A DNA stretch of 64,000 nt from Chrysomallon squamiferum (GCA_012295275.1 CM022678.1:7750001-7814000); one strand, 5' to 3'. Positions 15,885 through 30,900 are shown, counted from the stretch's first letter. The notes: generated by a model not told the origin, from the sequence alone. Program-made: numbers and translations.

Positions 15885-16866
15885 ATGTATGATGTTTTGT
15901 TATTTACTTGTTAAATTGTTGTTTAAGAGTTTGTTTAGATGTGTGTTTACCAGTGTGTTAAGAGTTTTACACATGTATGATGTGTTGTTATTTACTTGTT
16001 AAATTGTTTTTTAAGAGTTTGTTTAGGTGTGTGTTAACAGTTTTACACGTGTATGATGTGTTGTTATTTACTTGTTAAATTGTTGTTTAAGAGTTTGTTT
16101 AGGTGTGTGTTTACAGTTTTACACGTGTATGATGTGTTGTTATTTACTTGTTAAATTGTTGTTTAAGAGTTTGTTTAGGTGTGTTCAGAGTTTTACACAT
16201 GTATGATGTGTTGTTATTTACTTGTTAAATTGTTGTTTTAGAGTTTGTTTAGGTGTGTGTTTACCACTGTGTTAAGAGTTTTACACATGTATGATGTGTT
16301 GTTATTTACTTGTTAAATTGTTGTTTTAGAGTTTGTTTAGGTGTGTGTTTACCAGTGTGTTAAGAGTTTTACACATGTATGATGTTTTGTTATTTACTTG
16401 TTAAATTGTTGTTTAAGAGTTTGTTTAGGTGTGTGTTAAGAGTTTTACACATGTATGATGTGTTGTTATTTACTTATTAAATTGTTGTTTAAGAGTGTGT
16501 TTAGGTGTGTGTTAGAGTTTTTACACGTGTATTATGTGTTGTTATTTACTTGTTAAATTGTTGTTTAAGAGTTTGTTTAGGTGTGTGTTAAGAGTTTTAC
16601 ACATGTATGATGTGTTGTTATTTACTTATTAAATTGTTGTTTAAGAGTTTGTTTAGGTGTGTGTTTACCAGTGTGTTAAGAGTTTTACACGTGTATGATG
16701 TGTTGTTATTTACTTATTAAATTGTTGTTTAAGAGTTTGTTTAGGTGTGTGTTTACCAGTGTGTTAAGAGTTTTACACGTGTATGATGTGTTGTTATTTA
16801 CTTATTAAATTGTTGTTTAAGAGTTTGTTTAGGTGTATGTTAGAGTTTTTGCACGTGTATGATGTG
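15885..16866 (+). repeat. Minisatellite, ~13 units of ~75 or ~88 bp
   Basis: Unit GTATGATGTGTTGTTATTTACTTGTTAAATTGTTGTTTAAGAGTTTGTTTAGGTGTGTGTT[TACCAGTGTGTT]AAGAGTTTTACAC. Confidence 0.95.
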
Positions 16867-17889
16867 ATGGTAACCGTCAAGTAAACCCTATAAAAAAAAA
16901 TGTATAAGAAAAAGGAATTAAGGAATGTTACACTGAAAGAGATAAAAAAAATATTTAAAAATGTGTTTTTAAAGGCCCTACAATGTCCTGTTAGTAATTC
17001 TGATCTATATCACCGTCTGATGATCTGTTACTTAGTAACAGTGAAAACGTTTTTGTTTTTTTTTAAAGTGAAATTTTTTTCTTCTAATATTTAAGGGGAC
17101 ATGCTTGGTAAAACATCAAACAGTCTGAAATAACAACATTCATTTTTTAATTTATTTATTTTTTATTTTTTTATTTCTTCGCAAGAATTCCGAAAATTTA
17201 TATCTGCAGTTACGTGTTTCACGTCTTTTGCAAAAAAAGATATCAACATGAAAGAAAAACTTTATTTTTTATTAAAAAAATACTATTATATATATATATA
17301 CATACATACATACATACATGCATACATACATACATATATACATACATACATATATACACACATACATATATACACACATACATACATATAAAGATTAATT
17401 TGTTTAAAAAACAATTGGTGTCCCACGTGGTCCTTAAATATTTTGCATATGAAAACTCAATAACTGATTGTTCTCAAAGAAAGATGTGTTATGTGTTTAA
17501 TTATGTATTTTTATCTAGTACCATCAATCTTGACAAGTAGCTTTCAAAGACTGAGCATTATTTTTATTAGCAAATGGTCACAAATGAATTTTTTGTTTCT
17601 GTTTCTTGATTTGATGTCCTAATGCTGACATTGATGTTCATATTTCCACTTAGTTATTATTTTATTTCTTTCTCTCTTTATTTGTTTGTTTATCTCAGTA
17701 TCTCAATTTTCCTCCCCACTAAAACAGTTTTTAATTAACATAATTACTTATAAAATAATAATAATAACAAAAATAAAAAAATAAAAAAATAAATAAAAAC
17801 GGAAGAAGAAGAAAAACAAAATAAAAACATCCATGATTATCATAAAAATAAAACATTCTGATAATCATCATCATGAACAGTAATTTTAT

Positions 17890-18460
17890 CATCCCACAGT
17901 TTAATGATTTTACTTCTGCTGGCAAACTTTTCAAACTGTACTTCCCCGAACTTGTTCTAATATCAAACTTTCCCGTTTGATCTAAAATGTAGGGTCTTTG
18001 CTCTCATCATCTAATTTGTAATGTCAACTAGACCATGTTAGATAACCGCAAACTGAATCAGGGATCTGAAACTGAAAGTAAAGAACACCATTATTTGTTT
18101 TACTATTCCACTGACTCAGTATTTCTTATTTTGAAAAATATAAATAATTTTAGTTTAATTAATTTTATTACATTTCTCCTGCTAGTCCTTATAAAACTTA
18201 ATTAAATGGTAAAGGAACAAACTTAATCGATACAGTAAAGCAGAGGAATTCAATCAAATACCAATAATGTTTTAGTAATTTATGTTTAATTATTTGAAAC
18301 TTGCATCATTAAAGAGTGAAAAGAGCTGGGCAGACTGAGCAGTCAGACACACGAAAACTTCGTCAGAGGATTATCAGAAAGATTTAAATCTCTCAAACAA
18401 CTCGCAAAAAGGATTATCAGAAAGATTTAAATCTCTCAAACAACTCGCAAAAAGAAATAC
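17890..18460 (-). pseudogene. Leucine-rich-repeat gene remnant (two degenerate exons)
   Basis: After the acceptor TTTCCAG (18461-) the minus strand reads VFLFASCLRDLNLSDNPLTKFS (LxxLxLsxNxL) once a 43-bp tandem duplication (18368-18453) is removed. A second piece after TTTCAG (~18066-18072) reads IPDSVCG.../...LKSLPAEVKSL. Stops and frameshifts are present. Confidence 0.6.
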
Positions 18461-18497
18461 CTGGAAATAGAATGTAACAGTTAAAAAAACAACTTAT

Positions 18498-18528
<31 letters not shown>

Positions 18529-18742
18529 GAATTTACTCTAAATGTATACACAGATAATTCTATTTGTTTTTTCTGATTGTTCTGTTCTTTATACGCTTTG
18601 GGTCAATGATTATAACTAAATGTCTGAAGGAAAATTTTGCCGGCTTAAAAACGGTAACTGTAGACGCGCACGCATTGAACATTCATCAGTGACAGTTATA
18701 ATAAACGAAATAAGTTTTGTACTAAAGAGAAATGTGATTTAG

Positions 18743-18799
<57 letters not shown>

Positions 18800-20639
18800 C
18801 ATCATCATCATCATTATTAACATTATTATTATTGTTGTTGTTGTTGTTAATTAATGAATTTGTAACCTTGAGCCTCTATTTGAACAAGGTAGAGAAAGGC
18901 AAGTGTTGATTCTTTGTAACACATAAGACTAAATGTTAATAGTAAATCTTTTGTTCTGATAATCATCATCATTGTGTATGATTTTAAACAATGTGCTAAG
19001 ATTGATTTGGCGCTAACAAAATATAACTTTGTTTCCTGCATCTTCTATGAACAGTGAAACACTTTAATACTTTGAGAAAATGTATCACTTTCCAATTACG
19101 TAAAACATTTTATATCTTCACGTGATTACTTTTTATCTGTTATTTTATTTTATTTAGTAAGCTCTTTATTTTTGGATTAAACGAATAAACTAAAGTAGTT
19201 CATTCCAAAAAACAGTGATGGAGAGAGGGAGACAAGTAGCTTAACGAATTTAAGATTTTATTAGATTTCGGTTAATAAAAAATACAATATTAACACTGGG
19301 CTACGTAACTAACACTTTCCTCGATGATCTTGAAGAGAATTTATTCGTTTTTCTTTTTCTAGTCTTATTATTATTATTTACGTGTGTGTGCGTGTTTGTG
19401 TGTGTTTGCGTTTCTGTGCACGTGATAGTGAATGCTACATGCACGCATGTGAATCTGCATATTAATGTTTTCACAAACTCAGATAGAACAAACTGAGTAC
19501 AACTCAACACGACTGACTATGAGATGAAATTAGTAATAAATACAGTTTAATAGAATGTTCTAAATAATATAAAGTCATTAGGTGTTTTATACTAATAAAT
19601 ATACATTATAAACTATGTAGAAATTAATATAAACATGTTGTTGTTTGTGTGTTTGTGTATTAGTGTATGCGTGTTCTTGTTTAGTCACAACCACAAAATG
19701 CACACACACACACACACAAATGTACACAAGCATGCACATGGACACACACAATAGTTTTTAGTTTTTAATTTTGTACATATTTAAATAGATTATTACTGTT
19801 ACATTTTTTAGCCTTCCATGAAATAAATATTTGATAACAACACTTGTCATTCCATTGAAAATTTATTTTAACTTGAAAAATTTAATATTTCATTCACAAT
19901 TACTCCTTATCATTTCGTTGACTGGAAAATGTGTTTACTTCTACATAGATATATATATATTCCTTCTTTTCCTTTTGAGTAATATTTCAGAATAAGTATA
20001 ACTTTTCCAGCAACTATTATTTATATGTTGAGAACTGAGTTACAATTCAAAATATTCTTAGACCCAATTTTATACATTAATTGCCTTCACAAAGTAAACA
20101 TCATTCCAGTATTATTTTGTAATTTGTCATGAATACCCCAGTAAGAAGAAAAAAAAAAAAATTAAAATTATTTTTTTTAATCAGAAATAAACCAATTATT
20201 TATTTATTCATTTGTTAGTTTATTATAATTATAATAATTATTATTATTATTATTAATTTATGAAATTATAAGCATCTGACCATGGATAATAATTTTCATA
20301 ATATAAGGGAAATAACTCTATTGCTAAAACATATGAAATAAAGAAAGAAAGCAAATAAAGTTTCCCATCCAAATTAAAAACGAAATCAATAATAATAATC
20401 ACCCTGAAAACAAATTTATATCTCTTTTTTATTTACCAAGAAACAGTAACAATGAATTAAAAAATCAAATTCAACTGCAAAATAGTAACAAATATAAAAA
20501 TTGATTAATTAAAAATGCCTATAAAAAACCTAATAGTGATACATGTGCATTATAAACAAAAATATTGTAAAAACAAAATATAATTTAACTGTTACACATT
20601 TTTATTTGTTATTTTTTACCCGTTTTAATTATTAAATTG

Positions 20640-20872
20640 GATAATTAATTACTTTATTTAACAGGAGCTAGTATTAAAAATTAATCTAGACATCTGATTT
20701 TTATTAAAGAGAGCTAAATAAATTAATTACTTATTTAACAGGAGCTAGTATTAAAAATTAATCTACACAGCTGTTTTTTTATTAAAGTGTGCTAAATAAA
20801 TTAATTACTGTATTTAACAAGAGCTAGTATTAAAAATTAATCTGTTTTTTATTAAAGTGTGCTAAATAAATT
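20640..20872 (+). repeat. Tandem repeat, ~80 bp x3
   Basis: AATTAATTACTT.ATTTAACAGGAGCTAGTATTAAAAATTAATCT repeated three times. Confidence 0.85.
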
Positions 20873-22040
20873 GATCTGATGCTTTATCTGCTGAGTTTAT
20901 GCTGTATTTTGTGCAAACATAAATATACATATATCACATATACACAAGTAAAAGACACAAACCAAACACCAATAACATTACAATACTCACACAACAGAAC
21001 ATACACAGTCTCACACACACTCACACACATTCACTTAGACAAAACCCACACAAACAGACATACCAAAATACATACTGACACATACACACACATACACCAA
21101 AACACACAAACACACACATGCACAAATATATTCAGAGACATACTAACATATATACTGACACACATCCTCACACATACAGTGCAGAACATAAATTTAATAG
21201 ATAACAACTGATATTATCAAAAACACTTCTTATAATTACTGGCCAATGAAAACAAAAATCTAATGAAAATAGGATTTGCTTTATAAACTTTGGTCTGTGT
21301 ATTTTATCAGCACATAAATATCAGTGTGTGAAATTAACAGCATGTTTTATCATGTTATTCTGTATCAGAAAATGTTGAATAGAGCATTAAAAAAATTATA
21401 AAAACAGGATTGTAGAAAGTATTTTCTATATCAGAACACTGGATAGAGGCAAAAACCATCAGTTAAGTTGTATGGTTGAAATTATCATTCTTTGTGTCAG
21501 AAAACTTTCTATAGAACAGTTTTAAAATCATTTTCTATGAAGTGGAATTAACATTATCTATATCAGAAAATACAGAATGGCATATAAAACTTAACCTCTA
21601 TAATCAGGGAAAAAACTGGATATATTATTAACAATACCCATTTATTATCAGACAAGCGGGACAAAAGAAAATATGTCAGAAAATACTTAATATATTATTA
21701 ATATTATTTTATCCTCATACAAACTGGAAAAAAGAAACTACTATTCTCTCAGAATGCACCTGATAGAACTGTAATTGAAAACAATTTTCTTTCATCAGAT
21801 AAGCTACACAATCACTGTCACCACATTCTACCATCAGTGTACACAGGGTGAGCTAATCTGTAAGTGTGACGTTTCCATGACTCCTCTGTGTTCTGCAGAA
21901 TTAGCTCAGGATGAGCTGAATCTTCAGCTTGTCTCACTTTCATCCTCTTCTCCACTTCATGTCTGAGAAAAACATTTCAATATTTAATATTAATGTAATT
22001 AGGTATTGGTTTGTATAGTTTGTATTGTTATATTTATCTT

Positions 22041-22113
22041 TGTTTGTCACCCAGTAGCTGATATATTTTTCATGCTGGGGTGGCCTTAAACATTCATTCA
22101 TTCATTCATTCAT
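22041..22113 (+). mobile_element. 3' end of a SINE with (CATT)n tail
   Basis: TGTTTGTCACCCAGTAGCTGAT...GCTGGGGTGGCCTTAAA(CATT)6 resembles the 3' tail of gastropod tRNA-derived SINEs as I recall them. Confidence 0.55.
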
Positions 22114-22251
22114 ATAGTTTGTAAAAACAAAAATGGCTATCAAAAATTTGTTATTTAAAGATAAGCTTTCATACCTGTCCATTTTACAAAAATAATGATA
22201 TCAATAGACATAATTACAAATGAAAGGATTGTTTTAATCAGTTACCATTAA

Positions 22252-22292
<41 letters not shown>

Positions 22293-22786
22293 TTGTTATA
22301 TGTGAGCCTTTCCATGAGCATCAAGGCAAAAACCAACTACTTTGTTTAAACCTAGGTATCATAATTATGCATATACACTTTATGAACAGGGAAAGACAAT
22401 GAAATAAAGAAAGAAAGTGAAAGAGAAAATCAGAGAGGCTAGGAGAAAATTAGAGATAGTGAGAGAGAAATAAAAAGACAATGACATCATCACTATACCT
22501 GACTTTTACCTGCAGTTCTGTACTTTTAACATCATCAACTTTAATGTTAATTCTTGAAACTATGACTGGTTGTTCAAATATCTTAGCCTAGATAAGAATA
22601 AACACATTTTTTTAATTATTCATAATAATCTTTGTTAGTGTTAAAGAACAATGTTACAGATGGGAGAAATATTTACAAAAAAAAAACAAAACAGATATTT
22701 ACAGATTATATGTTTAGACATACATATACATAGACAGACATAGGTAGATATATAGATAAACAGATATTTAGTTAACAGACTAGGCA

Positions 22787-22835
<49 letters not shown>

Positions 22836-22913
22836 AAAGACACACACACACACACACAACACACACACACACACACTTATATGACACACACACAGAAAGA
22901 GAGAGAAGCTGAC

Positions 22914-23078
22914 AGATTGGGAGTAGTAGGTAAATCAAATGACATTTATATATAATTAGTCAAACACTGATTGGGAGTAGTAGGTAAATCAAATGACATT
23001 TATATATAATTAGTCAAACACTGATTGGGAGTAGTAGGTAAATCAAATGACATTTATATATAATTAGTCAAACACTGA
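22914..23078 (+). repeat. Tandem repeat, 54 bp x3
   Basis: GATTGGGAGTAGTAGGTAAATCAAATGACATTTATATATAATTAGTCAAACACT x3. Confidence 0.92.
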
Positions 23079-23558
23079 TGATTTAAATGGAATACCTCTC
23101 CTCTGTTGTAGTAATCTATAGCCTTGTCTACAGATACACAATCAGACTTCAGTATCCATGCTATTCCACTGTTTGAACAAGTAACTGGATCCTTTTGTAG
23201 AGGAGTGTAATAAGACAAATACATAAAATAATAATAATAAAATGTCAAAATAATAATCATAATAAGAAATTACATTAACAATAAAAGCTACAGTTGTATC
23301 ATAATAAAAAACAAAAAAATAAGATTACTAACAATAAAATTCACAATTAAATAATAGGTATTCTAAAAGAAGAAGAAAACAATATATATAAATAATAGGT
23401 TGCCATTTTAGTATATTTAACAATCAAGAATTATAAAGAAACACCCCAAAACAAATAAAAAAATTAAAATAACAGAGAGAGAGATTAGGGAGAACAGAAA
23501 GATGAACACAAAATAAGCTTACTAATATAATAAAAGAGACAACCAAATATAAATATTC

Positions 23559-23835
23559 ATAAATAAGCAGAATGTGATGTTTGTTATTACAGACAGATAC
23601 ACAGTAAGACAGACAGATAGCTGTGAACTGTTATTACTACATACTACATACTATATAAATAAGCAGAATGTGATGTTTGTTATTACAGACAGAAAGATAG
23701 ATAGATAGCTGTGAACTGTTATTACTACACTACTACATACTATATAAATAAGCAGAATGTGATGTTTGTTATTACAGACAGATACACAGAAAGACAGAAA
23801 GATAGCTGTGAACTGTTATTACTACATACTACATA
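23559..23835 (+). repeat. Tandem repeat, ~85-96 bp x3
   Basis: ATAAATAAGCAGAATGTGATGTTTGTTATTACAGACAG...GATAGCTGTGAACTGTTATTACTACA x3. Confidence 0.92.
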
Positions 23836-24683
23836 GTCACTCACCATGACCTCTCAACATGGCTGCAATGTCAAGGACATCACCTAGTGTCAGAGTCAGA
23901 AGTTGACTGTTCCTTTGTCTGTGAGAATGGCTGGACAGTGCATCATATTACCCAGTATTCCTAGAGCAAGATAAATAAATAAATAAATGAGATGACAAAT
24001 TTCAATAAATGTGAACCTTATAAATGTTCAAAATAAAAAGTAACTATAACTGTTTACCAGGATGTCCTCCAAGTGCTGTCAGTTTAATCAGGGAATTGTC
24101 TGCAACTGAAGGGAGACAACTACAAGATGATTCAACTTTCTCCCCTGACTTCTTGACAGTGACACCTTAAAATTCATTAAATTTATATAAATAATTCAGA
24201 AAGAAAACAACACAACAGCAGCATTAACAATAACAAACCCTTTTATTTAGTATTACTTCTTTTTTTCTTATTTTTACCATTAGATTAGCTTAGGTTAGAG
24301 GTAGGGATAGGATTAGTGTTAGGGTTAGGATAACGGTTAGGTTTAGGCTGTTTATTTATTTATTTATTTGTTTGTTTGTTTATTTGTTTATTTGTTTGTT
24401 TGTTTGTTTGTTTATTTATTACTACTGCTGATGTTGACTACATCATAGCTGCTACTGTCACCACCACATTACATGCTGCTGCTGATGTTTTTGGTGCTAA
24501 TTACATCTCTGTCACAAATAATAACAGAAAAGTAAATATAATAAATCTCAAACAACTGTTTTATTATTTTGCACTAAAAACTAATTTAATTTTATAAAAA
24601 TTTTAATTTTTTATTGAAAAATGTAGAAATAATTTATTATGTCAAGCTTACCTAATATTCAAGCTCTTTAACTGAAGTTGTGT

Positions 24684-24883
24684 NNNNNNNNNNNNNNNNN
24701 NNNNNNNNNNNNNNNNNNNNNNNNNNNNNNNNNNNNNNNNNNNNNNNNNNNNNNNNNNNNNNNNNNNNNNNNNNNNNNNNNNNNNNNNNNNNNNNNNNNN
24801 NNNNNNNNNNNNNNNNNNNNNNNNNNNNNNNNNNNNNNNNNNNNNNNNNNNNNNNNNNNNNNNNNNNNNNNNNNNNNNNNNNN
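24684..24883. other. Assembly gap (200 N)
   Basis: Run of N. Confidence 1.
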
Positions 24884-25743
24884 TATTTATCGACAGCTAC
24901 GTCAATAAATTTACAAACATAAACGTAATTTATTTTAACACGTTGCTGTTACTTTCTGGGTTTTTGTTACAAAGGCATTAGGTTTTGTTTTGTTTTGTTT
25001 TATATATATATATTTCGAACTTTTGTTTACTGTGGAAAATTTATACACACATATTTTATCCCTGGAAAGAAAAGGTCGAAATGACAAAGTGAAATATCCG
25101 ACTTTTTTTCAGTTAAGAGCGTCTAGGGGGGGGGAGTAAAAGAAAAATATCTTGAATATGGCCACTGTAAGGACATAAAGATAACATTTTGTTTCACTGA
25201 AGAACAAAGGAATTTTTTCTTCTTCTGCTTCTACCTTTCTTTCTTTTCTTTTCTTTCTTTTTTCTTCATTTATATAGCTTTTCAAGTCTCCATTCACCGC
25301 ATAACCTAATTTGAAGTTTTTTTCAAATAACATTTTATTTGTTTACTGAAGCGAAACCTACTGTGTTGTTTGTTTGCTGGTGTGAACCATAAAACAAGTT
25401 ACGAGTGTTTTATAATGACAGATTTATTCAGGAGACCATACTCCACATACAAGGATGATGCAGATAAATCGACTTGTTAAATAAAGAAATAAAATACATT
25501 ACAATTAAACAAATACAACACAAACGTGCAATTGGTCACGTTTGAACATAATGTATGTCAGTCAACAGTATGTAAAAATATTAATATTTCTGAATGTAAT
25601 TTATGTACTTATACTTATCTCGCTCAGTCTGTATAAATGCTGTATAACCTGCAAATAATAAAATATATATAAAGAGACCCTTTCACCTAAGAAAAGAAAG
25701 AAAGAAACTTTTTTTTACGTATATTGTGTGTGTGTCTTGGTGT

Positions 25744-25810
<67 letters not shown>

Positions 25811-25872
25811 GTAGCTCTTTATTCGTGAACATAATTCCCTATAACAGCAAAGGCAGTTAATCTTATAATAAC

Positions 25873-25948
<76 letters not shown>

Positions 25949-27257
25949 AAAAAAAGTAAAACAAAATAAAATCAGTTTATTAAACCGGAACCAAAATAAA
26001 TAAATTACACTGCAATACATTGTATAACTGTGACGTCAACTTGAACTTACAGTGACCTTCAAATGAATACCCATGACGTCTAAAAAACTAATCTTATTTT
26101 CCAAGTCGTCGGTTATTTATTTTATTCTATTTATTATTATTTTTAGTCTTTCTTTCTTTTCTTTCTAATTATGTTAGAGAGAGAGAGAGAGAGTGTATCC
26201 GTCGTCTTATGTGTGTGTGTGTGTCTACATGTATGTGTATGTTTATAATTGTTTTACAAATCTCAATGAATAAAATATATTATTTTCTGTCAAAGAGAGT
26301 ATTAGTACTATACTATGTATTTATATTTGTTTAAAGTTTCAATAATAAACTAGATATATCATTAATTACGATGAATAAAATACTCGAGCGAAAAGGAAGA
26401 TGTTTTAAGTTACACACCTTCCCACCCATAAACATACAACCACACACATACACATACAACACGCACTACACCCATCACACACATACGCGTACCCAGACAC
26501 ACATACATACACTGTATACAGACACATTAATGCACATCACGTGTTTTTGTTTGTGTCTGTGTGAAACATACACGCCTTTAATGAGACAGATTACAAATTT
26601 GTCAACAAGTGAGAAAAAAACTAACCCTAACCCTCTGTCTAATGCTTATCAAAACAAGTTCAGAATTTCAAGGTTCAGTAAGCTCTATTTCATAAAAGGG
26701 CCCACCGGACTGTGCAAAGATTACAAATTATTAGATCACTGCAGATGTCAATGAAAACATCGAATTCAATGAACAAGAGAAGCCAGCCTAGACTGACACA
26801 TTTTAAAACTTTGTTTGTTACACAAAACCCGCTATAGCTAATTATCTTAATTCTAAAATTTTAAAACTTTGGTTGTTAAGCAAATATCGCCATAGCTATT
26901 TTATCTCAATTCTTAAATGTTAAAACTTTGTATGTTTGTTATACAAAACCCGCAGTTTATTTATTATTATAATTACTAACGCACACACACACACACACAC
27001 GACTTTTTTCTAGTTTATATTTGCTATATACAGACTTCACAACCTTAATAATAATAATAATAAAAATATTGTATACATATAAACATTATTACTTTATTAA
27101 GATTATCTGTGCCTGGTATACAGAAGAGAAATGTATCTACTGAAAACAGTTTCATAGATATCCGTTTTTAACTTTATAACAAAGACAACCTTAAATATCC
27201 GCTACCATCAGCTAGTAGAAAATTTCTATTACTCCTTTTTCTGTTTTTCTTTTTCTT

Positions 27258-27325
<68 letters not shown>

Positions 27326-27485
27326 TGTCTGTTTGCTGCTTTATAATGCACAGCTTAATATGTGATTATAGAATAAGTTGAATTAGTTTACTGAGTTGCT
27401 TTATTATAATTGTTGTTGTTACTATTATTATTAGTAGTAGTAGTAGTACTAGCAATAGTAGTACTGTTTACTTTTATTAACATTT
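24884..27485 (-). repeat. Arm B of the inverted duplication of 20-2710, lying inside the minus-strand pseudogene
   Basis: Reverse complement of 20-2710. Homology ends at ...TTTTATTAACATTT (27485) on one side and runs into the gap on the other. Confidence 0.93.
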
Positions 27486-27508
27486 ATTTCTTTGTTAATT
27501 TAAAAGAA

Positions 27509-27547
<39 letters not shown>

Positions 27548-27896
27548 CATCATCATCATAAGAAGAAGATAACAATTAAAATATGTTGGAAATAACATGA
27601 TCATGTTTTAAGCAGAGTAACATGCAAGGTCTTCTCTTTTTTCTTTTCTGTCAAAACAAACCAGTCAGCTGTTACTTTCGAATGTATTACCAGTTCCTAA
27701 ACCTGTTATATACAAAGATACACACAAATAATTTGCTACTTTTGAATAAATAAATATCTTAAAAGAAATAATAAAATAAAATAAAATAAATATAAAATCC
27801 TAACCTAATTTGCAAAAATAATCTGAAGTGTAGGATATTTACAAATACATTTATTGAATTAACACTGAAATGTTCCTTTTGTCAATATATATTAAA

Positions 27897-27931
<35 letters not shown>

Positions 27932-30900
27932 CATAACTGAATCAATACAGAAATAATTATAAAATACAATAAAATGTGTACTGAAATTAAAAATTATTTG
28001 GAATCTAGTAAGAATTATAATAGCTTTATTTGTAGAAAACAAAATTCCTAAAACAGACTTTTTTTTATCTATCAATGAATATTAATCAGTCTTCAATCTA
28101 ACTGTAAACCTACCCTCAGCCAATCCTCACCCACTTTTGATTGTTGAATTATACTTTACTTATAAAGTTGTCTATGACTCTACTTAAATTAAAAATATAA
28201 ATAACAAAACTTAGAAAAATTTAAATATTTGTTTGGAAGGAGAAAACAGGATTTAAATAAACATTTGTAATTACCAACTTTAAATCTTTGAATATAATAA
28301 TTACCTGTCATAAATAAAAAGAAAAGTCTGTATAACAAATGTCAGCAATAAGACTTGAATCACTTTAGTTATTTTGTGTAATATGTGTAATGAGTGGTTC
28401 CACATAGTATCTGTAACAGAAAGATAGATAGACAGGCAGCTAGAAAGTATTAAAGTATTATTACAGTAATCTCTCAATTACTTATGCTTTTGTTATTTTC
28501 ATTACCTTCCACCAAAAAAGTCTCAACAAAATCATTAACTAAAAATTTAGAAAAACATGGTATAAGATGTATCTCAACTTTCAAATTAAAAATTATTTTA
28601 AATGTTTCATAAGGTTTTAAAGTGCTGAGAGGTGCCAAGATTTCTGATTGATCCAATAAAAGTATATTAATAAAACAAAAATAAAAAGAGTACCAAGATA
28701 TTTGGTAAGAAAAAAATTTACAAATCACTAAACAACTTGACATATAATAAAATCTGCAAAGTAATCATTAATGAAAATATCTTCCAAACAACAGATTTTC
28801 TTCCATTTTATGTTTTATTAACAAACATTTTCACAGATCTTTACAGTACTTTAATAAAACATTCTCATAATAATAAAATTATCTACCTTGAGCTACACAA
28901 TTTGTAGTTTTTTAAAGCAGTAAATCAAGGATTTCTACATCACACATTTTTAAAAATAATTTCTTTTTCACACACTTGACTGTCTGGTCCAAACATTCTG
29001 TCTGCTGGTCTATGTCTGACTGTATCTTGCATGAATGACACTTTGAATCTGAAATCACAGTTTCACAGATTTATAAATTCTTCAGTAAGTGCATTCCACA
29101 TAACAAGTAACTGTTTTTAAAATACTACTTTTGGTGTGGAACTTTCTAGAAATTCTCAATATTCTTCAAGTATTCAGTTCTTCATGTTTGTTGTGGATTT
29201 ATCTTCTGCTTAGTTTGTTCAGTACAGTGAGAAAACTTGAAGAACTTGGAGATAAACACAACAAGTCACTTAGAATGAATGTCACTCCTCATCTTTTCTT
29301 TCATTCTCAAAACAAGCTTTTGATAAAGGAGCCTGAAGAAAAAATAAAATAAATATTATTAAATTAAAATAATATTCAGACTTGTATAAACAATATTATA
29401 CAATTTACATGTAAAATGAAGGTTGATATGATTCAAATGGGATGGGTTGTGATTTAATTATTTTCATGATTTTTACTTACTGTTAAAAAGCCATTTATTC
29501 CATGGACAAAATCAGTTTAATTTAGCATTGTATTGCATTTCATTTCATTTATTTCATTGTGAATCATTTCGCACATTACATTTTATTTTATTTCATTTTA
29601 TTCCATTAATTTTATTATATTTTATCATTATTTCAATTTGTTTTATTTCAGTTCAATTCAGTTATTGTACTGTATTGTGTTGTGTTGTGCTGTATTGTAT
29701 TTCATAGTATTTCATTTCATTTATTTTATTTTATTGTATTGCACTGTATCACACTGCATTTCATTTCAATGTATATATTTCCGTTTATTGATTTCACTGT
29801 ATTTGATTTAATTAAATTCACTGTATATGTTTGTGTATGGAGGTTTGTGTGTGCATGTTTCATGTGTGTGAATATTTGCATGTGTATCTGTTGATGTGTG
29901 TGTGATATACTAATATTTATATCTACCTCTAGAAGTAATTTTGTCAGTTTCCCATTTATAACCATCCATACAGGAACATGTATAGACTCCATCTTAGTAG
30001 TTTTAGTGCTGAGTGTAAATATTTTTGAATTACATTCATTTATATCTGAAAGAGAGAAACAGATAAATTATATCTCAATCATTAACAACAATTAAACTTT
30101 CTCATACATTTTGACAAGTTTCTAAAATTACTCAAATATCATTTTTCACAGAAATTATTTCTAATATATGGATTAACTGAAATTTAAAATTCATAAGTTC
30201 TGAGCATTTCTAAAATTAATCAAGTTTAAGTTATACAGATATAACATTAATAATAAAAATAAAAATTATTCATAAATTCTGACAAGTTTCTTAAACACTA
30301 TTAATTCATTAAAATGTTTCTTAATTCCAGAACTAAGAATTTTAACTTAACTATTTGAATAGCACAAAAGCTACTAATGCATACATAAGTTGCAAACTGA
30401 TTGCTGAATATATAATGAGCATGACATTATTAATAATAAAAAAACAAACCAAAAACAGATAATGGTAGAAATGCTGACCAGTCACATTTAAACTCAAAAT
30501 ATGAATAAAATAAGAATGCTTGAAGTGAACAATTTAACCTGAGAACCAGATAGAACTGACTCACCTGAGCATGTTTTGTTGTCTGAATTCAAGGTAAACA
30601 TTTCTACACAAACACTGCTCCACTGTGTCATGCACCCTGCAGCCCTGTTCACATGAACTGTTCACTGCAGCACTGTCACAACTGAACACAAAATATTTTT
30701 ATAACTTTATTATATTTTGTCTAAAATAAAATAATTTACAATTTTATCACATTCTGGTACAAATGAAAATAAAATAATTTAGAATTTTATCAAATTTTGT
30801 CACTATTAAACTAAAAATATATATTTTATAATTTGTAACCTCTGTGACAAGAACAAATGTAACTTTTCTCATTGTTAGTTAAAGTATGATACCAAGCATT

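Noticed and set aside
24678-24922. ORFs containing X runs (also 50626-50955)
   Set aside because: Artefacts of N gaps.
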